Source: Longimicrobiales bacterium
Lineage (GTDB): Bacteria > Gemmatimonadota > Gemmatimonadetes > Longimicrobiales > Gaopeijiaceae
Reading direction: 5' to 3'
DNA: 64,000 nt
Assembly: GCA_965202805.1 (NCBI GenBank)
Contig: OZ241869.1
Location: 1,856,001 to 1,920,000, forward strand
Shown here: in pieces, positions 26,635 to 36,916 of the stretch
How the letters are laid out: every line of letters begins with the position of its first letter
Position numbering within the stretch: position 1 is the first letter of the stretch
Made by a program: the position numbers and the translations under genes
The notes under the pieces: model-generated
What the model was told of the DNA's origin: nothing
What the model saw: the letters and a program-made list of their open reading frames with translations, nothing else
Databases searched by the model: none

Positions 26635-28182
26635 CTACCTCAGGCTCCACCCGGCGGCCGTGCCCGGAGTGCCCTCGCCGCCGAACGAGTACACCTCCAG
26701 GCTGAGCGCCTCCAGCTCCTCGGCGATCACCGGCATGTGCAGCGGGGTTCCCATGCGGAGCGTCCCGAAGCCGCGCTGATCGAAGTAGTCGAGCCCGCCG
26801 GACTCGAAGAGGAGCTCCATGCTCTTCTCGTACCACATGGCGAAGAGCACGCTGCCGCACGCGCCCGTGATGGTCCGGGGCACGCACCGGTCGCCCGACA
26901 CCCCGTCGACCGTGGCGGGCGGGAGGCCCGCGGCTTCACGGCTCGGGTTGATGTAGGGAAGCGCTGCTTCCGGCTGGCCCATCCTGATGTGGGCCTCCGC
27001 CATGAGGAACTCCATCTCGCGCACCGTCAGTTCGGGGATGAAGCCGAAGCCGCTGTCGGCCTTGTCGCGCCACTTCCAGGCGCGGTACGGCGTGACGAAC
27101 CAGATGCCGCGCTGGGCGTCTCCGAAGAGCGTGCCCGGAATCTCGACCAGGGTCCCGGAGGCCTGGGGGTCGCCGGGCGCGTGGATCCGCCGATCGTCCG
27201 TCTCCACGTGGACGGGGAACCTCTCCCTCGGGCCCGCCGCCTCGTAGGCCTGCCACTGGCCGGACTGGTCCGCGGGGCCGACGAAGCGCACGGCGAGGTT
27301 GTGGGGCAGGTTGTAGGCGTCGTCCCAGACGTCTCCCGGGGTCGTGTTGATGCCGTAGTCGGACGTCACTCCGGCCTGGGCGAGCGTCATGACCTCCGCC
27401 CAGTTGACCGAGGCCCGCTCCTCGGGCGTCCGGGCGACGGTCGTCATCAGACGGGCCTCCCAGGAGTTGATCATCCGGACCAGGTTGTCGCTCGAGACGC
27501 TGGTGCCCATCCAGCCCGCGGGGATCGTGAACGAGTTGGAGCCCGCGATCTGCCGGGCGGCCTGCAGGTACCCCCTCGCGGCCTGGGCGACCTCGCCGTA
27601 CGGGCGCAGGTCCGCGTTCTCCACCGCCGCCTCGGTGTCCACGCTCTCGTCGATGACGAAGCCCTGGTCGAAGACGTTGGCGATGTAGCCGTGGATCAGC
27701 CCCTGCATGAGCTTGGCGAACGCAAGGGTCCGTTCCGTGTCCGCACCCCCGGCCCCGATCTGCAGGTTGCTCTCCTCAATGACCAGCACACCGTCGCGGA
27801 TCGCGGCGAGCGCCTGGTTCAGCTCCATCCAGGGTGCCCGCAGCGAACGGCCCCACTGGTAGCCGATGGCGTTCGTGAGGTTGATCCGGGGCTGCTGGTT
27901 GTTGTCGGAGGCGAAGTGGTTGGCGGCCGCGGACGCGATGACCTCGGACGCGCTGCTGAGGGCCCGCACCATGGCGAGCTCGTCGCTGGCTCCGTGCATC
28001 TGGTCCCACCAGGTCGAGTAGGTGCCGGCGATGAGCGACTCGATGTCGCCCGGCTCGGAGAGCGCGCGGTCACGGTCGGGCTCGTTGGGATTCACCACTT
28101 CGAGGTCGCAGGCGGAAATCGCGACCAGGCTCACGGCTGCGGCACCTGCCAGCGTCTGCAGTTTTGACGGTAGGAATCTCAC
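26635..28182 (-). CDS. RagB/SusD-like nutrient uptake lipoprotein
   Basis: Lipobox ISA-C-DLEVVNPN, EMEFLMAEA, YEKSMEL and DQRG motifs. It lies directly downstream of the SusC-like gene. Confidence 0.85.
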   Translation of the reverse strand: MRFLPSKLQTLAGAAAVSLVAISACDLEVVNPNEPDRDRALSEPGDIESLIAGTYSTWWDQMHGASDELAMVRALSSASEVIASAAANHFASDNNQQPRINLTNAIGYQWGRSLRAPWMELNQALAAIRDGVLVIEESNLQIGAGGADTERTLAFAKLMQGLIHGYIANVFDQGFVIDESVDTEAAVENADLRPYGEVAQAARGYLQAARQIAGSNSFTIPAGWMGTSVSSDNLVRMINSWEARLMTTVARTPEERASVNWAEVMTLAQAGVTSDYGINTTPGDVWDDAYNLPHNLAVRFVGPADQSGQWQAYEAAGPRERFPVHVETDDRRIHAPGDPQASGTLVEIPGTLFGDAQRGIWFVTPYRAWKWRDKADSGFGFIPELTVREMEFLMAEAHIRMGQPEAALPYINPSREAAGLPPATVDGVSGDRCVPRTITGACGSVLFAMWYEKSMELLFESGGLDYFDQRGFGTLRMGTPLHMPVIAEELEALSLEVYSFGGEGTPGTAAGWSLR

Positions 28183-28257
28183 TTCTCACCCTCCTGCTCT
28201 ACGAGTTCCGCGTGTCGAACGCACTTCCCGTGGCGGCTGTGTCGCCGGGTCGTCGCG

Positions 28258-31200
28258 TCAGAACACGAGCTCGACGTCAATTCCGATCTGCCGGTAGTTC
28301 GGGTAGAAGTACTCGTCGATCCGGCCGATGGCGGCGGAACCTCCGAAGGTCGTCTTGCCCACTTCCGGATCGTGACCCTGGTAGCCGGTGAAGGTGACCA
28401 GGTTGCGGCCGGCCAGGTTGACCGTGGCGCGGTCGAAGCCCACCTGCGCCAGGAGCCCCGGGAGGTTGCTCTGGTCGAAGGTGTAGCGAACCGACAGCTC
28501 CCGCAGCTTGATGAAGTCCCCGTCCTCCACGTACCAGTCGTTCCGGTTGTTGCGGTCGTAGAGGAAGGCGGCCCCGTAGTACGGAAGCGGCTTCTTGAGC
28601 TCCTCGGGCTTGCCCCGCTGATCGATGGCTCCGACGCCGCTGCGGGAGCCCCACTGGCGGGTCTGGTTCATGATCTGCGCCCCGAACTCGCCCTCGAAGA
28701 GGAGCGTCAGCCCCATGTTCCGGAACTGGAAGTCCTGCAGGAAGGAGACGTTCAGATCGGGCTGGGACGAGCCCAGCGGGCGGGGCGTGTTGTCGAACCG
28801 GTTGTGCTTGATGGGCATGCCCCAGTCGAGGGTCGTGCCGTCGACATCCCCCGTGGTGCCCCAGAGCGACTTCGCGGCTCCGTCCCGGTAGTCGTTGCCC
28901 GCTCCGACGTAGACGAGCAGCCCGTCGTCGTTGACGTCGAACTGGTTGCAGTCCATTCCGCCGGGAAGTTCGCTGCAGCTCCTCAGCCAGTTGGAGCCGT
29001 AGAACGCGCCCAGTTCCTCGCCTTCCCGCACCATCATGCGCGCCCGCAGGTCGCGGAACTCGAAGGGCGGCACGTTGAGCTCGGTGATCTCCTGGCGGGT
29101 TCGGTCGAGGTTCAGGCGAGCCGTCCAGACGAGGTCCGGACGCTCGACGAAAGCCGCCTCGATCGAAGCCTCATACGTGGTGGAAGCCACGGTGCCCGCG
29201 TTCCGCCACTGGGACTCGAAGCCGAGGGCGGAGCTGAGCGGCACCAGCAGCAGCTGATCCCTGACCTCGAGGTCGACGTAGTTGAGCTGCACGCGATACC
29301 GGTCGGCGACCATCATGTCGACCCCGTATTCCTGCTCCGTCGCCAGTTCGGGCTTGAGCCCGCTGTTTCCGAGCAGCTTGGGGATGATGCGCCCGCGGTC
29401 GACCGCGTAGGTCTGATACTGGTAGGAGAAGCCGGGGCGGCCGCCGGCGGTGCCCCGCGAGTAGCGAGGCCTGAACTCTGTGAGGAAGTCGAGCGGCCAC
29501 CACTCCTCCTCCGCCATCCGCCACGCCGCGGAGACGCGGTAGTAGTTCTGCCAGCGCTCGTCCGGTCCGAACAGCGAGCTTCCGTCGCGGCGGGCCAGGA
29601 GGTCGAGGATGTACTTGCTCTTCCAGGTCAGGGCGGTGATGGCGAACAGCCCCTGCGAACGAACCGTTTCCGCGTGCGAGCGCGTGTACAGTCCGGTCGT
29701 GAGGAGCCCCATCTGCGGCACCCCGACGACCGAGAAGGTCGAGCCTCCCGCCACGAAGTTGTCCGAGGACGTCTGCTCCGCGAGCCAGCGGAAGCGGGTC
29801 CGCGTCGTAAGGTCTCCGAAGCTGTGCTGGATCGACGCCGTGAGGTTGCCGTTGAGCTCCTCGCGGAGATCCTCGAGCCGGAACATCGCCCCGTCGAGCG
29901 GAGGCCGGGGGTAGGCGCGCTTCCACGGGCTCGGCGTGATGTTGACCTCCTTCAGGTTCGTGCGGTCGTAGGACAGGTTGCCCTGGAACGACAGCCACGA
30001 GAAGGGGGAGTACTGCGCGTCGACGGCGCCCATGACGCGAAGCCGGTCACGGGTCCAGTCCTGGTTCTCCAGCTGATAGAACGGGTTGGTCCTCCTGCTG
30101 ATCAGATCGCCGATCACATGGAGGTCGCCGTCTTCGTCGCGGGAGAAGAGGTCGGTGCCGGCGCGGTAGTGATCGCTGCCCAGGAAGAGCCCGCGCCTGG
30201 CCGTGCCCCCCGAGGCGGTGGGATCGCGCGGCTCGTAGCCCACCAGGTCGGTGAGGTTGCTCAGCCCGATGCGCTCCTGCTGGAAGATCACGTCCTGCTC
30301 CCGCAGCGTGACATACGAGCTCAGCGAGAACTGGAGCTGATCCCCGATCGACTGATCGAGGTTGAGCCGGACGTTGGTCTGCTCCGCGCCATCGTGGAAC
30401 TGCATGACTCCCTCGTCGCGCTGGTATGCGGCCGAGGCGCGGTACTGCGTGCTCCCCTCGTTCCCGGACGCCGACACGTACGTGTTGTAGGAGTTTCCGG
30501 ACGACAGCATGTGGTCCCAGACCGAACCCCCGTAGAGGTTGGGCGGGACCGGCTGGTCCTGGAACGTCGTCCACTGGTCGCGGCCGGTCCCGCCGGGCCG
30601 TCCGAAGTTGTCGTTGAGCGCGTACGACCCGGTGCTGAGCTGCTGGTTGCGGTTGTGGAGGTCGAGCTCGTTGCCGCTGCGGTCGAGGATGGCCGTGCCC
30701 GCGGCGTTCATGCGGTACTCGTGGGACTCGGTCAGCGCCATGACGTACTCGATGTCGTTGAACTGGTACTGGCTGCGCACCGTGAACTCGTGGGTGCCCT
30801 CCCGCAGCGCGGCGCCCCGGCGGGTGGTCACCTCCATGACTCCGGCCTGCGCGCGCGAGCCGTACAGCGAGGCCGCCGCCGCACCCCGGACGATCTCGAT
30901 GTTCTCGATGTCGTTCGGGTCGATGTCCGCGAGGGATCCCGTGGAGATCACCCCGTCGACGATCAGCAGCGGGGCCTGGCTCTGCATGATGCTGGTGGGG
31001 CCCCTGAACTGGATGGAGGGTTCGTCCCCGGGCTGGCCGGTGCCCTGGATCACCCGGGTTCCCGCCGTGCGGCCCTGCAGCAGGCTCGCCACGTTGAGCG
31101 CCGAAGCGATCTGCGCGGTCTCCACCTCCACCTGCTCCACGGTGAACGCCAGCTCGGTCTCGGGGGTGGCGCCCGCGACGCCGGTCACGACCACGGCATC

Positions 31201-31548
31201 CATCGCCAGCACCCGCGACTCCAGCATGAAATTCGCGACCACGGGGGCCCCGGTAGTGACGTCGATGACCTGGGCGTCGGTCTGGCGACCGATGAGCTCC
31301 GCCCGGATCTCGTACTGGCCGACGGGCACGTTGGGGAGCGCGTAGGCGCCGTCGGCGTTGGTCAGCATCCCGAGTTGCAGCTCGGGGATGTGGACCTGAA
31401 CCGTGGCGATGGGCTCGCCGGTGTTCGCGTCCGTGACCGTTCCGGTGACGGTCCCGACCTGCCCCGCGAGGCTGCCCGCGGCCAGAGCCAGAGAGGCCGC
31501 AAGCACGGCGGCCGACGACCCGACCCTTCTAACGCACGTTCCATCCAT
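28258..31548 (-). CDS. SusC/RagA family TonB-dependent receptor
   Basis: Carboxypeptidase-regulatory N-domain, plug (PLLIVDGV..DIDPNDIENIEIVRGAAAASLYGSRA), FIKLRELS, GHDPEV and a terminal Phe. Confidence 0.93.
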   Translation of the reverse strand: MDGTCVRRVGSSAAVLAASLALAAGSLAGQVGTVTGTVTDANTGEPIATVQVHIPELQLGMLTNADGAYALPNVPVGQYEIRAELIGRQTDAQVIDVTTGAPVVANFMLESRVLAMDAVVVTGVAGATPETELAFTVEQVEVETAQIASALNVASLLQGRTAGTRVIQGTGQPGDEPSIQFRGPTSIMQSQAPLLIVDGVISTGSLADIDPNDIENIEIVRGAAAASLYGSRAQAGVMEVTTRRGAALREGTHEFTVRSQYQFNDIEYVMALTESHEYRMNAAGTAILDRSGNELDLHNRNQQLSTGSYALNDNFGRPGGTGRDQWTTFQDQPVPPNLYGGSVWDHMLSSGNSYNTYVSASGNEGSTQYRASAAYQRDEGVMQFHDGAEQTNVRLNLDQSIGDQLQFSLSSYVTLREQDVIFQQERIGLSNLTDLVGYEPRDPTASGGTARRGLFLGSDHYRAGTDLFSRDEDGDLHVIGDLISRRTNPFYQLENQDWTRDRLRVMGAVDAQYSPFSWLSFQGNLSYDRTNLKEVNITPSPWKRAYPRPPLDGAMFRLEDLREELNGNLTASIQHSFGDLTTRTRFRWLAEQTSSDNFVAGGSTFSVVGVPQMGLLTTGLYTRSHAETVRSQGLFAITALTWKSKYILDLLARRDGSSLFGPDERWQNYYRVSAAWRMAEEEWWPLDFLTEFRPRYSRGTAGGRPGFSYQYQTYAVDRGRIIPKLLGNSGLKPELATEQEYGVDMMVADRYRVQLNYVDLEVRDQLLLVPLSSALGFESQWRNAGTVASTTYEASIEAAFVERPDLVWTARLNLDRTRQEITELNVPPFEFRDLRARMMVREGEELGAFYGSNWLRSCSELPGGMDCNQFDVNDDGLLVYVGAGNDYRDGAAKSLWGTTGDVDGTTLDWGMPIKHNRFDNTPRPLGSSQPDLNVSFLQDFQFRNMGLTLLFEGEFGAQIMNQTRQWGSRSGVGAIDQRGKPEELKKPLPYYGAAFLYDRNNRNDWYVEDGDFIKLRELSVRYTFDQSNLPGLLAQVGFDRATVNLAGRNLVTFTGYQGHDPEVGKTTFGGSAAIGRIDEYFYPNYRQIGIDVELVF

Positions 31549-31726
31549 AATGAGCCTCCACGTGCAAGCATCCAGACAACCGGCGAGGTCCGGACAGGTC
31601 CAGCGGCGTCCGGACAAACGCAAAAAGCCGCGCAGGCCCCTGCGAGCAGTTGGTGCTACCCCGGGCCCACGCGGCATAAAGTACCGCCATGATCCAGCTT
31701 CCTTACCAGATGTACTACGTACCGGC

Positions 31727-31756
31727 AGACTACGCCGCGCGCCGACTTTTTGTCAA
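31727..31756 (-). promoter_or_regulatory. sigma70-type promoter candidate for susC-susD
   Basis: TTGACA-N18-TAGTCT on the minus strand. Confidence 0.4.
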
Positions 31757-31782
31757 GCGAGGGACGCCCCGCACGGCGACGA

Positions 31783-32787
31783 TCAGCGGCTGAGGTCCGC
31801 GGGGCACCCGGCGATGTTCCTGAAATCGCGGGCCGTGGTCACGCGGATGATCCCGGCGGCCCCCCGGGGACCGGCGATCAGCGTCGCGGCGGGGCCCCGG
31901 AGCACGCGGATATCGACGATTTCACGGGAATCGACGTCTCCCAGATCCCCGTCCGAAACGTACCCGTCGACGACCAGCAGCGGCTGCGCCTCCACCGGCT
32001 CCGGGTCAGGCGGGCGCCGCTTGGTGGTGATCTCGATCACGCCGCCCTGGGCCCGGGAGCCGTAGTGGGCCGCGGCGGCCGCGCCCTTGAGAACCTCGAT
32101 GCGCTCGACATCCATGGGATCGATCCCGGCGGTGCTGTGGCCCGCGATGATCCCGTCCACGACGACCAGCGGCTGCTGCTCCGCCCCGCCCAGGGTGGCC
32201 GGACCGCGCAGGAGAATGTCGGACTCCTGGCCGGGAAGGCCGCTTCCCCGCACCACTCTCCCGCCGGCCATCCCCCGGAGGAGGTTGGCGACGCTGCCGC
32301 CGGCCGTCGCGGTGCGCAGCCGGTCGCCGCTCAGCTCCTCCACCGAGAAGGGAAGCTCGGCCCGCGACCGTTCGGAGGGCGTGCCGGTGACGACGAGCTC
32401 GTCGAGCGCGAAGGCGCGCGGACCCACCTGCACGGCGACCTCGGTGGCCTCGTCGGGGTCGACCTCGACGGTGCGGGCCGCCAGTTCGCACCCCAGCGCG
32501 TAGACCAGCAGCCGGTGCTCGCCGGGACGGACCGCGGCCAGCTCGAACCGCCCCTCGGCGTCGGTGTCCGCGCGCAGTCCCAGCTCGGGAAAGAGGACCT
32601 GGACGCCGGGCACCACCGGACCACCGCTGTAGATGACCTGCCCGCTGACGCTTCCGGTGGCCTGCGGCGAGGCATCGACCGGAAGCAGCGCAAACAGCGC
32701 GATGCTCGCGACGAGCGGGCTGAGCGGGCTCGACCGCAGGAGCGGGTTCAACCGCAGGAGCGGGTTCAACCGCAGGAGCGGGCTCAT
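31783..32787 (-). CDS. TonB-dependent receptor plug-domain protein without a barrel
   Basis: N-terminal beta-sandwich, a full plug (IDPMDVERIEVLKGAAAAAHYGSRA) and a second partial plug (PLLVVDG..DIRVLRG), then a stop. Confidence 0.8.
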   Translation of the reverse strand: MSPLLRLNPLLRLNPLLRSSPLSPLVASIALFALLPVDASPQATGSVSGQVIYSGGPVVPGVQVLFPELGLRADTDAEGRFELAAVRPGEHRLLVYALGCELAARTVEVDPDEATEVAVQVGPRAFALDELVVTGTPSERSRAELPFSVEELSGDRLRTATAGGSVANLLRGMAGGRVVRGSGLPGQESDILLRGPATLGGAEQQPLVVVDGIIAGHSTAGIDPMDVERIEVLKGAAAAAHYGSRAQGGVIEITTKRRPPDPEPVEAQPLLVVDGYVSDGDLGDVDSREIVDIRVLRGPAATLIAGPRGAAGIIRVTTARDFRNIAGCPADLSR

Positions 32788-32800
32788 GTCCCGCGGTCCC

Positions 32801-33436
32801 TCAGAAGTTCAGCAGCAGCGCCGCAGTGAGGATCCGATCCTTGTGCGTGAGGTCTTCACCGAAGCGCGTAAACGATGTCTGGAGCTGCCGGAACTCCCCG
32901 CGGAGCCCGATGCGGCTGTCCGCCCCGAAGCGGGCTTCCATCCCGCCCGCAAAGCTCCACGCGCCGTCAAACCCACGCGCATCGGGTCCGCCCTGCGGGT
33001 CGAAGACCCACTTGTACGACTTCCATCCTCCACCGACGGCACCGTAGGGCGAAACCGTCATGGCGCCCGCCGCGAGGGGAAGCCGGACCACGAAGTCGCC
33101 CTGAATGGTCCAGATGCGCGGATCGCGTCCCGATACGATGGACGAGCGGCCATCGGACGCCCCCAGGGTCCCGTGCTCCGTCGACAGGGCGTTGACCTGA
33201 ACGCCCATGTGGCGATGGAACCAGAAGTTGAGGGTGCCCCCGAGCAGAGTGGCGGTGTCGAACCCGCCGCCGTCCCGGAACCGGGTCGTGGGGTTCATCT
33301 GCCCGAAGATCAGACCCACCGATACGACGTCGTCGCCCGGCTCGGCCTGGCCCATGGAGCTGAACAACTGGGCCGAGAGGTCGGTGGCCGGAAGGGCGAA
33401 GAAAGAGAGGAAGGTGACCAACACGACGCGCTTCAT
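32801..33436 (-). CDS. Small outer-membrane beta-barrel protein
   Basis: Signal peptide, VSPYGAVGGG motif, terminal LLLNF and a GGAGGG RBS. Confidence 0.8.
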   Translation of the reverse strand: MKRVVLVTFLSFFALPATDLSAQLFSSMGQAEPGDDVVSVGLIFGQMNPTTRFRDGGGFDTATLLGGTLNFWFHRHMGVQVNALSTEHGTLGASDGRSSIVSGRDPRIWTIQGDFVVRLPLAAGAMTVSPYGAVGGGWKSYKWVFDPQGGPDARGFDGAWSFAGGMEARFGADSRIGLRGEFRQLQTSFTRFGEDLTHKDRILTAALLLNF

Positions 33437-33470
33437 ATCGCCCTCCATGCCGAGAATGTACCGCATTCGC

Positions 33471-33500
33471 ACAGTACGGCGCGGACGAGCGGTTTGTCAA
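33471..33500 (-). promoter_or_regulatory. sigma70-type promoter candidate for the OMP/plug operon
   Basis: TTGACA-N18-TACTGT on the minus strand. Confidence 0.4.
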
Positions 33501-33588
33501 AGACGGGGGCACGGGACGGCCCCGGGGGAAGATCCCGAAGGACCCTCCTCCCGGGGCCGGGAGACCTCAGCGGCGAGGGCCGGGGACC

Positions 33589-35025
33589 TCAGCCGCCCCG
33601 GTTCGACCGGCTCGCGTCCGTCGCCACGCCCGGGAGCTGCACGAAGCCGATGCCGCGTGCGTCGTCCCACTCGACCACGGTGCCGTGCGGCTCCGAGGCG
33701 TCGATCAGGTCCTGAATGATCTTCCTGCCCAGCTCGCGGTCCGCGAACATCGGTCGGCCGCGCACCGTCGCGGGCTGCCCGAATCCCAGCGAGATGGGGT
33801 GCAGCTCGAGGCTGACCAGCTCCTCGCCCCGGAAGGTGGGCATGGCAACCACCGATTCCCATATCTCTGCCCGCGCGGGGAAACCGATCGTCTCGTTCTG
33901 GTAGCGCACCTGGTTGAAGTCGGCCACCCAGGCGTTCCCGTCGCCCTCCAGTCCAAGGCCGGCGTAGTTGTCGTAGGGAAGCCGCAGCAGCGTCTCGTTC
34001 TGGAAGATGAAGTCGCCCAGCGAGTACAGGATGGGCTTGCCCTGGTAGATGTCGATTCCGGTGAGGTAATGGGGTCCGTGCCCCACGAACACGTCCGCCC
34101 CGGCATCGATCATCGCGTGCGCGAACTTCTTCAGGTACGGGCCCTGGTTGTGCGCGTGGATGGTCACCACCACGTATTCGGCCAGCCGCGAGGCGTTGTT
34201 CACGACCGCCGCGATCTCCGCCATGTCCTCGGGATCCGGGTCGCTGTCGACGCGGGACTCGTCGCCCGGATGAAGCACCGTGCCGAACAGGTTGAGCGGC
34301 TCGCCCGGGGCCCCGAGCTCGTCCCGCTGCCCGAGTGCCTCGAGGTCCATGCCCTGGACCGACCGGCGCAGTTCTTCGAGCTGACCCCGCTCCACGTAGC
34401 GCGTCGTGATCACGTGCAGCGGGTTGAGGCCGGGACGTCCGCGCACTCCGCCCTTGGCCGGACCGGCGACGGAGTGGGGCGGGAAGGCCGACGACACCGA
34501 GATCAGCGCGACGCGGCCATCGTGCGTCTCGAGGAAGCGGGCCTCGCGCGCCTCGGCCAGGTTCTCCCCGGTCCCCGCGGTGAGCAGGCCGGCCGCTTCC
34601 GAGTGCCGGCGGGTGATCCGGTGCCCGTCCGCGGCGTAGTCGCCGGTGTGGTTGTTCGCCATCGACACCATGTCGAACCCGGCCCAGACCAGCTCGTTGG
34701 CCAGATTCGGGTCCGCGCGCATCCAGGTGCCGCCGCTGGAGGCGGCCGGATACGGCTCGTAGTCGTGGAAGAGCACCTCGAGGTTGACGAACGAGGCGTC
34801 CGCGCTCCGCACGAGCTCGATCATGTCGAGGTACATGGGCTCCTTGTAGGGCGAGAGCCGCCGGGTGATGATGGCGTCTCCCGTGAGCGCCACCGTGAAC
34901 ATGCCGTCGGCGGACAGGCTTCCGGACGGATCCTGGGCGGCGGCCTCGGTGGGGCCCGCGAAGGCCATGGGGGTGAACGCGAAGCCGATGATCGCGAAGC
35001 CGAAGAACACGGAACGTTTGAGCAT
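33589..35025 (-). CDS. CapA family (PGA_cap) metallophosphoesterase-fold protein
   Basis: LTGD, VNLE, SMANNHTGDY, IHAH, FVGHGPH and YSLGDFIF motifs, plus a signal peptide. Confidence 0.9.
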   Translation of the reverse strand: MLKRSVFFGFAIIGFAFTPMAFAGPTEAAAQDPSGSLSADGMFTVALTGDAIITRRLSPYKEPMYLDMIELVRSADASFVNLEVLFHDYEPYPAASSGGTWMRADPNLANELVWAGFDMVSMANNHTGDYAADGHRITRRHSEAAGLLTAGTGENLAEAREARFLETHDGRVALISVSSAFPPHSVAGPAKGGVRGRPGLNPLHVITTRYVERGQLEELRRSVQGMDLEALGQRDELGAPGEPLNLFGTVLHPGDESRVDSDPDPEDMAEIAAVVNNASRLAEYVVVTIHAHNQGPYLKKFAHAMIDAGADVFVGHGPHYLTGIDIYQGKPILYSLGDFIFQNETLLRLPYDNYAGLGLEGDGNAWVADFNQVRYQNETIGFPARAEIWESVVAMPTFRGEELVSLELHPISLGFGQPATVRGRPMFADRELGRKIIQDLIDASEPHGTVVEWDDARGIGFVQLPGVATDASRSNRGG

Positions 35026-35154
35026 GCCACTCCTCCTGAAAAAATGCCGGCTGCTCGGGAGCCGGTTGGCCCGGCTGCCTCGGACCGGCATAGTAAGGGA
35101 GTAGTGGGTCTTCTGGCGAGTTGAAACCGAGGGAACGCATCCGGGACGAAGCCG

Positions 35155-35496
35155 ATGCTCGGAATGACGACATTCGTGGGAGCCGTCTGGCTCTGGCTGC
35201 TGCTGGTCGCGCGTCACCGGATCGAATCGGGCAGGCCGCCGAGCCACCCCGAGAGCCGGACCTCGCTTGGATGGGTGCGCGCGGCGCATGCCGTGGGCGG
35301 TTTGTTCGGCGGATTCCTGGGAGGATCGTTCGGAGGCTGGTCGGAGACGATCGCTCTCGCCGTGGCCCTGGGCATTTTCTCCGCCGCCCTCGTCCCGCAC
35401 CAGAAGCGCCTCTGGTCGGGCACGGTCCGGGATCTCCGGATCCAGGCGCCCGACGACGAGACGGAACGGGCGTGGGACGCTGATTCTCGGCCGTAG
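35155..35496 (+). CDS. Small membrane protein
   Basis: Three hydrophobic segments in an otherwise empty gap. Confidence 0.5.
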   Translation: MLGMTTFVGAVWLWLLLVARHRIESGRPPSHPESRTSLGWVRAAHAVGGLFGGFLGGSFGGWSETIALAVALGIFSAALVPHQKRLWSGTVRDLRIQAPDDETERAWDADSRP

Positions 35497-35540
35497 CGGA
35501 CAGCCTGAGGTTCCCTGCTCGATCACATCGCGGGCACGGT

Positions 35541-35593
35541 TTGATCGGACCTCCGAAGAGTAGTATCATCGTGACATGTCGAGTGATACTACT
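35541..35593 (+). promoter_or_regulatory. Promoter and inverted-repeat operator of the MNT-HEPN operon
   Basis: TTGATC-N17-TATCAT ends 6 nt before the ATG. Perfect inverted repeat AGTAGTATCA (35559-35568) / TGATACTACT (35584-35593). Confidence 0.7.
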
Positions 35594-36271
35594 GTCGAAT
35601 CCCGGGCATCCCGGGAGGCTCGCGCATCCGGCGCATCCCGGAAAGCCCGCGCATCCCGCGCATCCGGCGAATCCCGGAAAGCCCGCGAGTCCCGCGCATC
35701 CCGGGCATCCCGCGAATCGCGCGCCCCCTCGGGCCGCTTCGTCCTGCGCATCGATCCCGGAGTGCACGGGCATCTGCGGGAGGCCGCGCACGCAGCGGGT
35801 GCGTCCCTTAATGAATACTGTGCGCGCAAGCTGGCGGCGCCCGGGACGTGGCTGGACGAAGAGGCCTCCTCGATCGTCGAGCGCGCCGCATCCATCCTCG
35901 GCGAGGCGCTGGTCGGCGTCGTGGCCTTCGGCTCGTGGGTGCGCGGCGAGCACGATTCGACCTCGGATTTCGATGTTCTCCTGGCCGCGGCCGACGATCT
36001 GCCGGTTTCGCGAGACCTGTACCGGCGCTGGGACGATGCCACCGGGCTCTCCTGGCAAGGCCTTGAGGTGGAGCCCCATTTCGTCCATCTCCTGCCCGAA
36101 GGGGAGGTGCCTTCCGGGCTTTGGGCGGAGGTCGCCACGGATGGCGTGATCCTGTTCGAGCGGGGCTTCGAGGTGTCGCGCCGCCTCGCCGAGGTGCGCA
36201 GGCGGATCGCGGACGGGGACATCGTCCGCCGCCTCGCCCGGGGGCAGCCCTACTGGGTGCGGGCCGGGTGA
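35576..36271 (+). CDS. HicB-like RHH domain fused to a minimal nucleotidyltransferase (MNT antitoxin)
   Basis: SGRFVLRIDPGVH..L...A...G.SLNEYC followed by FGSWVRGE....SDFDVLL. Confidence 0.85.
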   Translation: MSSDTTVESRASREARASGASRKARASRASGESRKARESRASRASRESRAPSGRFVLRIDPGVHGHLREAAHAAGASLNEYCARKLAAPGTWLDEEASSIVERAASILGEALVGVVAFGSWVRGEHDSTSDFDVLLAAADDLPVSRDLYRRWDDATGLSWQGLEVEPHFVHLLPEGEVPSGLWAEVATDGVILFERGFEVSRRLAEVRRRIADGDIVRRLARGQPYWVRAG

Positions 36272-36702
36272 TGCGAAACCCCGGGCTGGCCCGCGACTAT
36301 CTCCGGCGGGCGAAGATCCGGCTTGCGGCCCTCGACGTTCTGTTCGAAGGGGAGAGCTGGGCCGACGTGGTCCGCGAATCGCAGGAGATCGTCGAGCTCG
36401 CGCTGAAGGGACTGCTGCGGTTCCGCGGCATCGACCCGCCCCGCGCGCACGACGTCTCGGAGGTGTTGCTCGCGGAGCGGGATCGCCTGCCGGTCGGGAT
36501 CGAGCGCGAGGTCGAATCGCTGGCGGACTGGTCCCGGCACCTGCGGCGGGACCGCGAACTCGCGTTCTATGGAGCGGAGGATCTGACGCCGTCCGGCTTC
36601 TATTCGCGGGAGGACGCGGTTCACGCCCGCGCCAGCGCGCGCGGCACGGTCGAGCTGGTGTATCCGGCCGTGATGGATCCCGCGGACTCCGCAGGCGGCT
36701 GA
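36271..36702 (+). CDS. HEPN domain protein (toxin partner)
   Basis: TGATG overlap with the MNT gene. SQEIVELALKGLL, PPRAHDV and RELAFYG motifs. Confidence 0.85.
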   Translation: MRNPGLARDYLRRAKIRLAALDVLFEGESWADVVRESQEIVELALKGLLRFRGIDPPRAHDVSEVLLAERDRLPVGIEREVESLADWSRHLRRDRELAFYGAEDLTPSGFYSREDAVHARASARGTVELVYPAVMDPADSAGG

Positions 36703-36916
36703 GTTCCGTCACCGGCCGAGGTCGCGCTCACCGCGATGACGGCCGCGGAAAACCTCCGGGCCGCCCGTTTTTCGGGCATTTGTTAACCAGACGGGCGTAC
36801 CGAACGTTCTACAGGGTGGACTAAGGGGTGCCCGGTGTTGGCGAACGGGGCATCCCGACCCTCCGGCGAGATCCGCTGGAGGATGGCTCTGCAAGCTACC
36901 AGACGAGAGGTGACAA

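Noticed and set aside
22474..36712. Long ORFs 22474..25902 (+), 28372..31692 (+) and 33497..36712 (-)
   Set aside because: These are shadow or alternate-frame ORFs overlapping well-supported genes.
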